Virus record (IMG/VR): IMGVR_UViG_3300013947_000003
Coordinates: 32,001 to 96,000 of that record
Source of the DNA: a virus
Direction: 5' to 3' (one strand)
Length of the DNA: 64,000 nucleotides
Shown here: positions 38,097 through 48,412 of the stretch, one piece after another
How positions within the stretch are numbered: the stretch's first letter is position 1
Layout of the letters: each line of letters opens with the position of its first letter
Notes under the pieces: model-generated
The model's input: only the letters and a program-made list of their open reading frames with translations
Told to the model about the DNA's origin: nothing
Database searches by the model: none
Translations under genes and position numbers: made by a program

Positions 38097-38692
38097 AAAT
38101 ATCGGATCACACCAAAGCAACAATATTTAAATTTTTAACAACTGCTGATATTGTCCATCAATATAAGACGGACTACTCAATATCTTTAGTATATAATAAT
38201 ATGTGTTTTCCTAAAATATTAAGAAAGGAGATTGATATTGGTAATTTAGGAAATATAATAAGGGGTATACCTTTAAATATAGATCGTTGTCTTTTAAAAG
38301 TATCTTCAGTTTTAAAAACAATAAAATATGCTCCAAGAACTAAATTAGCATTTTATAGTGTTGATAACAGTCTTAGATATTTTATTGGATGTGGATGTAT
38401 ATTCAATGACAAATTAGATCCCGTTTTACTATCATATTGTAATAAAACGGATCTGTTTGGAAGACAACATGCAAATTGTTTATATGCAAATATATATATA
38501 AATGCTTCGTTTATTAATAATAACAATAAACTGAATAATTTTATAAGTAAAAAAATCATTCCAGTAGCTACAATATATAAACATAATGTTACTATACTAG
38601 ATGATTCTAAAATGCGATCATTAGTATTTAAACCTAATAATGTTGGAACTGATAAAAATACTTGTTGGCATATGATAAATCTGCGACAATAA
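38093..38692 (+). CDS. hypothetical protein translationally coupled to the E1-like gene
   Basis: ATGA overlap with the E1-like stop. Track ORF. Confidence 0.5.
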   Translation: MKISDHTKATIFKFLTTADIVHQYKTDYSISLVYNNMCFPKILRKEIDIGNLGNIIRGIPLNIDRCLLKVSSVLKTIKYAPRTKLAFYSVDNSLRYFIGCGCIFNDKLDPVLLSYCNKTDLFGRQHANCLYANIYINASFINNNNKLNNFISKKIIPVATIYKHNVTILDDSKMRSLVFKPNNVGTDKNTCWHMINLRQ

Positions 38693-38733
38693 TTCAAATT
38701 TAATTAGTACCTTTGCATATAAATATTTTTATT

Positions 38734-39204
38734 ATGAAAACCGATATAAAGAAAATTACTTTTACAGAAGAGGAGTTTTCGAAATTCCTTATTGATTTGA
38801 TTACAGATCCCAGTAAAGTATGCAGAGTTATAGATGAAAAGCTACAAAAACCCAATGCTCTGGACTTATACAGAAGAGCCATTGAAAAACTTGCATCTAA
38901 ACTCAATTGGAAACCTGAAAAGCTTCTTAATATTCTAGATAGATTGAAAGAAGTCAATATTGTAGCAACGTTCTCCTTCATACTTAAACAAATAGCTATA
39001 GAGCTTGATAAAAAGTACGAAGATCATATTATGCAAAGCCCCGAGCTTTACTGTATAAGCCTTTTTGATGGGACTATCTGTAAAATAACTCCCATTAAAC
39101 ATGGAAACTATTCTAATATAACATTATTCAGATCTGAAGAAGATGCTAAGACAGCTATAGAAGCACTAGAACCCATATATAAATTAATGTTTCCTGATGA
39201 ATAA
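38734..39204 (+). CDS. hypothetical protein
   Basis: First ATG in track ORF 38713-39204. Confidence 0.5.
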   Translation: MKTDIKKITFTEEEFSKFLIDLITDPSKVCRVIDEKLQKPNALDLYRRAIEKLASKLNWKPEKLLNILDRLKEVNIVATFSFILKQIAIELDKKYEDHIMQSPELYCISLFDGTICKITPIKHGNYSNITLFRSEEDAKTAIEALEPIYKLMFPDE

Positions 39205-39703
39205 AAAAATTAGGAATGCAACTATAATCAAACAGAAGAATATTACGTTTAAATCTCAGTTGGAGAAGACTATTTATAATGCTCTTCAACAACTGGGATT
39301 TAAACCGCAATATGAACCTAAAACCTTTACTTTAATTGATGCTTTTGAAGCAAAAACTCCGTATTATGATAAGGAAACTGATAATCAATTAAAGAAAAGA
39401 AGAGAATTGGGGGATACTTCTGCAAGAAAACTAGTTAAGAAATCAAATAAATTTCAAGGTATTAGATATACTCCGGATTTTTACTTTAAATATCAAGGAG
39501 TTGATATTTACATAGAATCTAAAGGGTTTGAAAATGATATTTTTCCTATAAAGAAAAAACTATTTCTTAGATATTTAAACACCGTAAAAACACCTTCTAT
39601 GTACTTTGAAGTTTATACAAAAAAACAATTGTTACAAGCTATAGATATTATAAAAGATGCAACCACTATATTAGATAAGAATGCTACTTCCAGCACTTCC
39701 TGA
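39197..39703 (+). CDS. PD-(D/E)xK endonuclease, T7 endonuclease I-like (junction resolvase candidate)
   Basis: IRYTPDFYFKYQGVDIYIESKG matches the YTPDF...E.KG core. Confidence 0.55.
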   Translation: MNKKIRNATIIKQKNITFKSQLEKTIYNALQQLGFKPQYEPKTFTLIDAFEAKTPYYDKETDNQLKKRRELGDTSARKLVKKSNKFQGIRYTPDFYFKYQGVDIYIESKGFENDIFPIKKKLFLRYLNTVKTPSMYFEVYTKKQLLQAIDIIKDATTILDKNATSSTS

Positions 39704-39911
39704 GAAGGATTTTAAAATCTGTAGTAAATATCTTGAAAACAGAAGGTTTCAAGATATTCTAGAGATTGTAGAGTCTGATATATATAAACTTAGAAAAACT
39801 TTTGGTGATACTGAAGGAGATTACCTAAAGCAAGAAGCTGCTGTTGAAGATTTAGAGAGTTTACGTTATGCTTTAATAGAATATATTTCATATATAGACA
39901 TCGATGATTAA
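39681..39911 (+). CDS. hypothetical protein
   Basis: Track ORF. Confidence 0.45.
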   Translation: MLLPALPEKDFKICSKYLENRRFQDILEIVESDIYKLRKTFGDTEGDYLKQEAAVEDLESLRYALIEYISYIDIDD

Positions 39912-40950
39912 ATCATTAAAAGAAATTAGCTGGAGTGTATCAGAAGATACATATAGAAAAGATCCGGCTTTATCCTATTCTACATTAGCAAAGTTTGAAA
40001 GGGAGGGCTTTAATAAACTTGATAGCTTATTTGATCATATAGATACTCCATCCCTAACTTTTGGTTCTGCTGTAGATAGTATTATTACAGGAGGAGAAGA
40101 AGAATTTAATGCCAGATTTATGGTAGCAACTTTTCCTAATGTTCCTGATTCTATAATAAGTATAATAAAACATGCTTTTGAAGTATATAAAGAACAGTAT
40201 ACTTCTTTAGAAGATATTCCCAGCAATGTATTACTACCTATTATAGATAGTCATAACTATCAACAAAATTGGAAACCTGAAACAAGAGTTAAAGTTGTTA
40301 AGGAGAAGGGAGAGGAGTATTATAAACTTCTGTATATAGCCCAAGATAAAACTATATTATCTCAAGATGTATATCAAGATGTTATAAATGCTGTAAATGT
40401 TTTAAAAGAAAGCCCCTCTACAAGCCAGTATTTTATAAACAATCCTTTTGGTAATGTAGAACAACTTTATCAACTAAAGTTTAAACATACATTCAATAAT
40501 ATCAACTACAGAGGAATGATGGATCTTATAATAGTAGATCATGATAAAAAGTTAGTCATTCCTGTAGACTTAAAAACATCGGGTAAACCTGAATGGGAAT
40601 TTTATAAAAGTTTTGCTGATTGGAGATATGACATACAAAGCCGTCTGTATTGGAGATTACTTAGGGCCAATATGGACGAAGATGATTACTTTAAAGATTT
40701 TAAACTTACAAATTACAGATTTATAGTTGTTAATAGAAAAACTTTAACACCTTTAGTTTGGGAGTTTACTGATACACAAGCTGCAGGCGAGTTAGTGTAT
40801 GGTACAGGTTTTGCTATTAAGATGAGAGATCCTTTTGTTATAGGTGAAGAACTCCAGGAGTATCTGGAATCTAAACCTAGAGTACCTAAGGATATCTATG
40901 AAGATAAACCTAATGATTTAATAAAATGGATTAACAAAATAAACAATTAG
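39904..40950 (+). CDS. PD-(D/E)xK (RecB/Cas4-family) exonuclease
   Basis: GMMDLIIVDHDKKLVIPVDLKTSGK (D...D/E-x-K) plus a downstream Q..Y motif. Ends TAG-TAA. Confidence 0.6.
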   Translation: MIKSLKEISWSVSEDTYRKDPALSYSTLAKFEREGFNKLDSLFDHIDTPSLTFGSAVDSIITGGEEEFNARFMVATFPNVPDSIISIIKHAFEVYKEQYTSLEDIPSNVLLPIIDSHNYQQNWKPETRVKVVKEKGEEYYKLLYIAQDKTILSQDVYQDVINAVNVLKESPSTSQYFINNPFGNVEQLYQLKFKHTFNNINYRGMMDLIIVDHDKKLVIPVDLKTSGKPEWEFYKSFADWRYDIQSRLYWRLLRANMDEDDYFKDFKLTNYRFIVVNRKTLTPLVWEFTDTQAAGELVYGTGFAIKMRDPFVIGEELQEYLESKPRVPKDIYEDKPNDLIKWINKINN

Positions 40951-40952
40951 TA

Positions 40953-41850
40953 ATGAAAGTATTAAAAAGAGATGGGACTCTTGAAATGTTTAACCCTGAT
41001 AAAATTATAGCAGCTGTAGAAGCAGCCTATAAATCACAGGGTAAAACTATGGGAAGTGATGTGTTATTAAGTCTTAAGGGCATTATTAATATTCATGGGG
41101 AAATTATAAGTGTTGAAACTATTCAGGATAAAGTAGAAAAGATACTTATAGACCTTGCACCTTATGATGTTGCTAAATCTTATATTATATATAGGGAAGC
41201 ACATAATCAATCTAGATTTGTTAGAGAAAGACTTGATTATATGAATAAATATGCTAATTCTTCAGATAATGCAGCTACTTCATCAGAAACAGATGCCAAT
41301 GCTAATGTTTCTATGAAGAATGTAGCTAATCTTGAAGGAGAAGTATATAAAACTACTAATAGAATTATTCAGAGGCAACGCATGAAAGATAAACTTAACG
41401 AACTCTTCCCTGAAGTTGCTAAACAGTATGAAAAAGACTTAAATGATCATATTATATATGTCCATGATGAGGCTTCTAGTCCTACTTTAAAATATTATTG
41501 CTGTGCAGTAACCCTCTATCCATTAATGGTTGAAGGGGTTGGTAATATAGACGGTATTACTCCAATACCCCCTAATGATATACAATCTTTCAGTGGGCAA
41601 ATTACTAACCTTGCATTTCTACTATCTTCACAATGTAAGGGTGCAGTAGCTTTTGGAGATTATTTTATCGCACTTAATTATTATGTAATTAAAGAATTTG
41701 GTCCTAAGTGGTATGAAAAAGTAAATGAAGTTGTCACTAATGAGTATTATATAGAAAAGCATACTATGGCTCACTATATAAGAAAAGGTATGAAACAATT
41801 TATATATGGAGTAAATCAACCTGCTGGTAATAGAAGTTATAATTCTCCGT
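40953..41850 (+). CDS. nrdD: anaerobic ribonucleotide reductase NrdD, exon 1
   Basis: ATP-cone-like N-terminus. The frame stops 2 codons after ...YNSP. Joining 41850 to 43162 restores SPFTNVSYYD. Confidence 0.8.
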
Positions 41851-43161
41851 GGTAAAAATAAAACTTTTTTTGTCATTTGGTTGATTAGGAATTTTTTATT
41901 AACTTTGCATAAAGATTATAAATTATGCAAAGAAAAGATAGAAAATTTAATAAAACTCCAGAATGGTTATACGAACAATATGTTTTAAAGGAAAAACCTA
42001 GGACAGAAATAGCCAAAGAATGTGGAGTATCTGAAGCTGGATTAAAAAGTGTTTTAATAAAATACAATATTAAAAAAATTCCATTTGTACGCCCTATAAA
42101 AGAAATAAAACAATATTTGCAAGAAGGAAAATCCGTTACTGAAATATCTAAATTATTAAAATGTGGTAAAACTACTATATATAGAGTAATGAAGGATTCA
42201 AATTTATCTATTAACTATACACCTGATTATAAACAATATGATAGTAGCAAAGACGAATTAATAATTTCACTATATTTAGAAGGATATTCTTCTACAGAAA
42301 TTGCGAAAGCTCTTAATAGTACACACACAACTATTATAAAGCATCTAAAACACAATAATATTCCCATAAGAAGTTTTGTAGAATGTCAATTTAATCACTT
42401 GAACAAAGAGATTCCTAAAGAGCTAATCTCTTATAAGTTATTACATCAGCTCTATATAATAGAGCATAAAAGCAAAAAAGAAATAGCAAATTCATTAAAT
42501 GTTGATGCTGGAACCATTAATACTGCTTTAAAAAAGTTTAATATTCATATAAGAGGAAATTCTGAGTCTAAAATAGGTTTAAAATGTGGAGAAAACCACC
42601 ATAATTGGAAAAATGGCATAACTCCATTACATTTAAGACTTAGAGAAGCTTTTGGGGTACAATTAACGAACCAAGTGCTGAAAAGAGATGGTTACAAGTG
42701 TACAAAATGTGGAACTAAAGGTAAATTACATGTACATCATATAAGACACTTTAAAGATATTTTATGGGAAATAATAAATGAACATCCGACTTTAGATATA
42801 CAAAAAGATGTAAATACTTTATATGACATTATAGTAAAGGATACTAGATTTTTAGATTTAAATAACTTAATAACCCTTTGCCCTAATTGTCATTATGAAG
42901 AGCATAGTAAGAAACATTGTTTTGCGGAGAATAAACGTAGTGAATTGCTGGAAAATCCAGAAGTGGACAATCAGCAGCCGAGCATTAATAACAATGAAGG
43001 TCCAGAGACTATTCCAAAAGGAAGTACACTCAAGTGAGTGGAAGTGCTACGCTCTATTTAGAATATTCTATTTAGATGAAGATATAGTCCAAACTCTATA
43101 GTAATATAGAGAAGTTCATAAGAGAACTGCATAGAATTAACGACTCTATGTGAATATAATG
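41851..43161 (+). mobile_element. group-I-type intron carrying an HNH endonuclease
   Basis: The 5' exon ends in T and the insert ends in G (aatG at 43161). Precise excision gives an in-frame NrdD. It has 74 nt plus 124 nt of non-coding flanks. Confidence 0.7.
41925..43037 (+). CDS. HNH homing endonuclease with repeated HTH modules
   Basis: HVHHIRHFKD...NLITLCPNCHYEEH, plus 4 or more sigma/HTH-like repeats (TEIAKECGVS, TEISKLLKCG, TEIAKALNST, KEIANSLNVD). Confidence 0.8.
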   Translation: MQRKDRKFNKTPEWLYEQYVLKEKPRTEIAKECGVSEAGLKSVLIKYNIKKIPFVRPIKEIKQYLQEGKSVTEISKLLKCGKTTIYRVMKDSNLSINYTPDYKQYDSSKDELIISLYLEGYSSTEIAKALNSTHTTIIKHLKHNNIPIRSFVECQFNHLNKEIPKELISYKLLHQLYIIEHKSKKEIANSLNVDAGTINTALKKFNIHIRGNSESKIGLKCGENHHNWKNGITPLHLRLREAFGVQLTNQVLKRDGYKCTKCGTKGKLHVHHIRHFKDILWEIINEHPTLDIQKDVNTLYDIIVKDTRFLDLNNLITLCPNCHYEEHSKKHCFAENKRSELLENPEVDNQQPSINNNEGPETIPKGSTLK

Positions 43162-44426
43162 TTACAAACGTTTCTTACTACGATAAATATTACTTCAAAT
43201 CTTTGTTTGAAAACTTTAAATATCCCGATGGAACAGAACCAGAATGGAAGGCTATAGATACTTTACAGAGAATGTTTATGCAACTTCATAGGGAATTAAG
43301 ACTTATAAAACCATTAACTTTCCCTGTAAGTACAATGGCTCTTGTATATGATGATCAAGACTATCTAGATAAAGAATATAAAGAGTTATGTGCAGAAGAA
43401 TGGGCAAAAGGAGGAAGTTTCTTCCTATATAGCAACAACAACCCAACATCTTTGGCAAGTTGCTGTAGAGTTTTGTCCGAAATAACCGATAATACCTTTA
43501 GTTCTACTACAGGTATGGCAGGTATTATGACTGGTTCTTGTAATGTCATTACATTGAATATCAATAGAATAGTACAAGATTGGTATAGAACACTTCCTAA
43601 TGGCTATGTATATGGAGATTATCAAGGTCTTAAAGATTATATTAAAGTCATATTAGAACGTGTATATAAGTATCACATAGCTTTCAAAACAATGCTCTAT
43701 GATTTAGAGAATAAAGGTATGTTTGCCGCATCTAATGGAGGATACATTTATATGAGAAAGCTATATAGTACTATAGGTATTATAGGGTACTTTGAAGCTG
43801 CTAAGTTTTTAGGAATTACTCCTAATAATAATGAAGAATATAAACACTTTTTACAAGCAATTCTTGGTGTAGTAAAAGAAGAAAATACAGCACATTCTAT
43901 AAGAGATAAAAAGCGCCCTATTTTATTTAATTTTGAAGCTATTCCTGGTGAGAATTTAGCAGTAAAATTATATAATTGGGATAAAAAAGACAACTATGTA
44001 GTTCCTAAAGATCAAAATTTGTATAATTGTTATTTCTATAATCCTTGGGATAATACGTCTATCTTAGATAAAATTAAACTGCATGGCAAAGAAACTAGTA
44101 AATTAACCTCAGGAGGCCAAGCTTGTCATCTTAATTTAGACGAACATCTATCTAAAAAGCAGTATTTACAACTTATGGATATATTTAGAACAGAAGGCGC
44201 TAATTATGTAACTTTTAATATACCTATGAGTGAGTGTAAAGAGTGTGGATGTACAGTTAATGCCCCCATTATAGAATGCCCTAAGTGCAAGTCTAAAAAT
44301 ATAAAGTGGTGGACGCGCATAATTGGTTATCTTACCAGTGTAGATGCTTGGTCTAAACCTAGACAAGAAGAGTTTAAAAAGAGAGTATATGCTAAAATAT
44401 CTAGAGACACAGATAACATTCAGTGA
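43162..44426 (+). CDS. nrdD: NrdD, exon 2
   Basis: C-terminal CKECGC...CPKC zinc site and the glycyl-radical motif TRIIGYL. Confidence 0.8.
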
Positions 44427-44865
44427 AATACCTGATGAAGTTGTGTTATGTATCAACATAACAGGATGCCCCAATTATTGTGAAGGTTGCCATAGTCCTC
44501 AATTACTTGAGGATATTGGAGAGCCCCTTGATCTCGAGCATTTAACAAATCTTATTGATGCTAGTATAGGCATTACTTGTGTATGTTTTATGGGTGGTGA
44601 TGCTAATCCCAGTGAAGTAGATGACATAGCACAGGATATTAAAGAATACTATCCAAAGCTTAAAGTGGGGTGGTATAGTGGGAAAAACACAATAAGTAAA
44701 GAAATCAGCTTATATTATTTTGATTATATTAAAGTGGGTCCTTATATAAAAGATTTGGGGCCGCTTAATTCAAAAACAACAAACCAAAAAATGTATCAGG
44801 TAATACATACAAGTGTTGGTAAGGATAAATTAATAGATATTACACATAAATTCTGGAAAGTATGA
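44389..44865 (+). CDS. nrdG: NrdG activating enzyme (radical SAM)
   Basis: CPNYCEGC (CxxxCxxC) cluster motif. The ATG at 44389 was chosen over the track start at 44344, which overlaps nrdD by 83 nt. Confidence 0.75.
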   Translation: MLKYLETQITFSEIPDEVVLCINITGCPNYCEGCHSPQLLEDIGEPLDLEHLTNLIDASIGITCVCFMGGDANPSEVDDIAQDIKEYYPKLKVGWYSGKNTISKEISLYYFDYIKVGPYIKDLGPLNSKTTNQKMYQVIHTSVGKDKLIDITHKFWKV

Positions 44866-45044
44866 TTAAGAAAATTCATAAAGAATATTTAGAAGGGGAT
44901 TACGCTATATGTATATCCACATTAAAAATTTTTGGCATAACGATATATGTTAATAGAACATATACAACTAATAAAAACATCATTTCTTCATTAACTAAAT
45001 TAAAAACTAAAACATTAGGATTTAACAATGAAATTAAAGATTAA
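44862..45044 (+). CDS. hypothetical small protein
   Basis: Track ORF with an ATGA junction. Confidence 0.4.
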   Translation: MIKKIHKEYLEGDYAICISTLKIFGITIYVNRTYTTNKNIISSLTKLKTKTLGFNNEIKD

Positions 45045-45558
45045 AATTAAAAAGATAGGTAATGCCTATCTACCTAGAGAAATTAAAAAGGGAGACTGGA
45101 TTGATCTTTCTGCTGCATGTGATGTTTATTTTAAAGGCCCTCAATCCGAGACTTTAAAGCGTAAAACAGTTAATGGCATAACAACTGCCACTAGAGATGT
45201 TGTTTTTAGTAAAAAGATGGTACCTCTTGGTGTAGCAATGAAATTGCCTAAAGGGTTTGAAGCCCTATTAATAGTTAGAAGTAGTCTACAAAAACAATGG
45301 CTTATTCAAGCTAATTCTATGGGTATTATAGACAATAGTTATAATGGTAATAATGATGAATGGAAACTGCCATTAATTGCTTTAAAGGAGACAGTAATAC
45401 CTGAAGGCACAAGAGTGTGTCAATTTAGAATTCAACTTAGTCAAAAAGCTAATATTTGGCAAAAGTTGAAATGGTTATTTACTAATGGTATTAAAATAGA
45501 AGAAGTGCAAGATTTAGAGAATGTTGATAGAGGAGGCTTTGGAAGCACTGGAGTATGA
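45028..45558 (+). CDS. dut: dUTPase
   Basis: Motif 3 GIIDNSYNG and motif 5 RGGFGSTG. Confidence 0.8.
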   Translation: MKLKIKIKKIGNAYLPREIKKGDWIDLSAACDVYFKGPQSETLKRKTVNGITTATRDVVFSKKMVPLGVAMKLPKGFEALLIVRSSLQKQWLIQANSMGIIDNSYNGNNDEWKLPLIALKETVIPEGTRVCQFRIQLSQKANIWQKLKWLFTNGIKIEEVQDLENVDRGGFGSTGV

Positions 45559-46076
45559 TGTTATGGGCAATAATTGGCTGCATGGCAGCATTTATTATAA
45601 TACTAACAATAAAGTTTATTGTATATAAACATATTAACTATATATCTTTACAAGAATCATTAAATCTTATAGGATTACCCGTGATAACTCTAGAATCTGA
45701 AGGACATAAGCTAAATTTCATTTTAGATACCGGAAGTAATGAATCTCATGTAAGTAAAGAAGCATTTGAGAAACTATGTGTAGAAAAACGTAAAACAGAA
45801 ACACAAGTATATGGAGCAGGAGGTATAGCATTGTCTGTAGGTAAAGCAGACATAGAATTTACATATAAAAATGCTACATATTTAACTACATTAATAATCT
45901 CCCCCTCCCTCGATGCTACTTTTAAAGCAATTAAAGATTCTGAAGGCGCTAGTATACACGGAATTTTAGGAAATGATTTCCTTATAAAATATTCTTATAT
46001 AATGGACTTTGAAAGTTTAGTTGTCTATTCTAAGCGAAATAAATATAAAATATTTTGGGACTGGTTTAAAATATAA
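45555..46076 (+). CDS. membrane-anchored retropepsin-like aspartic protease
   Basis: N-terminal TM helix, then FILDTGSNESHV (D-T-G) and ILGNDFL. Confidence 0.6.
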   Translation: MMLWAIIGCMAAFIIILTIKFIVYKHINYISLQESLNLIGLPVITLESEGHKLNFILDTGSNESHVSKEAFEKLCVEKRKTETQVYGAGGIALSVGKADIEFTYKNATYLTTLIISPSLDATFKAIKDSEGASIHGILGNDFLIKYSYIMDFESLVVYSKRNKYKIFWDWFKI

Positions 46077-46079
46077 TAA

Positions 46080-48119
46080 ATGGTATATTTAGTAACAACT
46101 GAAAATAGATTAGTTGATACTTCCTATAAGATAATAAGTGTTGAGGAGTCTTTAAAGCTCCTCAGCACATTATCTATAGTGGGTTTAGATACTGAAACCT
46201 CAGGGTTAGACTGCCACAATGACACATTATTATCTTTGCAATTAGGTTGCTATGATTTTCAAGTTGTAGTGGACTGCACTAAAATAAACATCCTACTATA
46301 TAAAGACTATCTAGAATCTAATAGAGAATTCTTGTTTTGGAATGCTAAATTTGATTTGAAATGGCTTTATAAATATAATATTATTCCTAAGAAAGTTTAT
46401 GATGGTTATTTAGCAGAAAAACTTATGTATTTAGGGTATCCTTCGGGGTATCACAGTATGTCGTTAAAATCTGCTGGTGAACAGTATTTAAACATAGAAT
46501 TGGATAAAACTATAAGAGGACAGATTATCTGGAAAGGCTTAACAGATGACGTTATTATATATGCAGCTAAAGACGTTCAATATCTAGAGAAAATAAAGAA
46601 TGCTCAATATAAAGAACTTAGTAAAAAAGAACTATTAACTGCTATAGAATATGAAAATAAGTTTGTCTTAGCACTAGCTTATGAAGAATTTTGTGGAGTA
46701 AAACTAGATCAAGAAAAGTGGTTAAATAAAATGAAATCAGATAAAGCAGCTTTAAATGAAGCAGAAACAGCTTTAAATAATTTCATTATAAATCTTGCTA
46801 AAACAGACAACAATTTTAAGAAATTTACGTTTATAAACACACAAGGAGATTTATTTGAAGGGTTTGATTTAACTCCTAAATGTACTATAAATTGGAATAG
46901 TGCGCAACAAGTAATTGAAGTATTTACTTTATTGGGATTTAATCTATTATCTAAAGATAAAAAAACTGGACAAATGAAATCTTCAGTTGATGCTAAAATA
47001 ATAAAACCACAAAAGGACTTATCACCTATTGCTCCTATATATCTCAAATATAAAGCAGCACAAAAAGTAGTGAGTACTTATGGTCAAAATGTTTTAGACC
47101 AAGTCGACAAAAAAACAGGAAGGCTCTATACGCAATTTAACCAACTTGGCGCAGATACAACTAGAATAACCTCAGGAGGAAAGGACGGGAAGAAGGAATA
47201 CATTAACTTCTTAAATATGCCGTCTGATGAAATGACTCGTTCTTGTTTTGTGGCAGAACTTAATAATAATTGGATATCAATAGATTATGTGGGTCAAGAA
47301 ACTTACTTAATGGCATCTATAGCAAATGATAAAGCTATTCTTAAAGAACTTAATGAAGGCTCTGGAGATATTCATTCTTTAACTGCCTATATGACATATA
47401 AAGAAATTCCTAGAGATACTCCTATTAAAGAAGTCAAGAAGAAATACCATAATCTTAGACAAGAAGCTAAAGGTATTGAATTTTCAATTAATTACGGCGG
47501 AAATGCAGACACTATAGCAAGAAATAAAGGAATACCTTTAGAAGAAGCTAATAAAATCTATAATGAATATATGTCGGGTTTTAAAGGACTTAAAAAATAT
47601 CAAAACTTTAGAAGAAAAGATTGGTTTGATAAAGGTTATATTTTATTAAGTCCATTAACAGGACATAAAGCATTTATATATGATTATGAAGACCTTAAAA
47701 CAACACAAGAATCTTTCAAAGAACCCGGATTTTGGGATTATTATAGAGAAATGAAAAAGAATTCTCCTATGTGTGATACTGTACAAAACGTAAAACACTT
47801 CTTTAAAAGAAAATCCGAAAATGAGAGGTGCAGTATTAACTTTCCTATACAAGCTGCAGGTTCTTTTTGTTTAAGAGTTTCTATGATTAATTTCTTTGAA
47901 TGGCTCAGAAAAGAAAATTTATTATTTAAAGTTCTTATATGTATAACTCCTTACGATGAATTTGATGTAGAAGCTCCTAAAGGAATCGCCGAAAGAGTTG
48001 CATTAAAGCTTAAAGAATTTATGGTAAAAGCTGGTGCATATTTTTGCGATAAATGCAAACTAGATGCCGATATAAGTTATGATAAAAATGGCCATCTTCC
48101 AACTTATTGGATACATTAA
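46080..48119 (+). CDS. family A DNA polymerase with 3'-5' exonuclease domain
   Basis: Exo I LDTETSGLD, motif A IDYVGQETYL, motif B RQEAKGIEFSINYG, motif C YDEFDV. Confidence 0.85.
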   Translation: MVYLVTTENRLVDTSYKIISVEESLKLLSTLSIVGLDTETSGLDCHNDTLLSLQLGCYDFQVVVDCTKINILLYKDYLESNREFLFWNAKFDLKWLYKYNIIPKKVYDGYLAEKLMYLGYPSGYHSMSLKSAGEQYLNIELDKTIRGQIIWKGLTDDVIIYAAKDVQYLEKIKNAQYKELSKKELLTAIEYENKFVLALAYEEFCGVKLDQEKWLNKMKSDKAALNEAETALNNFIINLAKTDNNFKKFTFINTQGDLFEGFDLTPKCTINWNSAQQVIEVFTLLGFNLLSKDKKTGQMKSSVDAKIIKPQKDLSPIAPIYLKYKAAQKVVSTYGQNVLDQVDKKTGRLYTQFNQLGADTTRITSGGKDGKKEYINFLNMPSDEMTRSCFVAELNNNWISIDYVGQETYLMASIANDKAILKELNEGSGDIHSLTAYMTYKEIPRDTPIKEVKKKYHNLRQEAKGIEFSINYGGNADTIARNKGIPLEEANKIYNEYMSGFKGLKKYQNFRRKDWFDKGYILLSPLTGHKAFIYDYEDLKTTQESFKEPGFWDYYREMKKNSPMCDTVQNVKHFFKRKSENERCSINFPIQAAGSFCLRVSMINFFEWLRKENLLFKVLICITPYDEFDVEAPKGIAERVALKLKEFMVKAGAYFCDKCKLDADISYDKNGHLPTYWIH

Positions 48120-48121
48120 TT

Positions 48122-48412
48122 ATGAAGAATAAAGAAGTATGTAAAGAATTTATCTGCCGTAGAGTAGCATCAGGGAGTAATTTAATTTCAACAGGGGATA
48201 AGTTATTTTCTTATAATACCTGTATAGCACAATGGTATCCTAATGGAGTAATATATAATGAAACTAAGTATTCATCTACTACCAGTAGGCATCAAAGCTA
48301 TTTAAAAAGTGCTATTACCCATAATATAGGATGGGAAAGAGCGGTAATAATAGATAATATAAATTTTAATACAAGAGACTTAACATCTGATTATGAAAGA
48401 GTATATATGTAA
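48122..48412 (+). CDS. hypothetical protein
   Basis: First ATG in track ORF 48107-48412. Confidence 0.5.
   Translation: MKNKEVCKEFICRRVASGSNLISTGDKLFSYNTCIAQWYPNGVIYNETKYSSTTSRHQSYLKSAITHNIGWERAVIIDNINFNTRDLTSDYERVYM

Noticed and set aside
11984-48119. Inteins in TerL, the DnaB-like helicase or the DNA polymerase (inteins are reported in some crAss-like phages).
   Set aside because: The motifs in these proteins follow each other at normal spacing, with no unexplained insertion of about 130-400 aa and no C...HN splice-junction pattern seen by eye.
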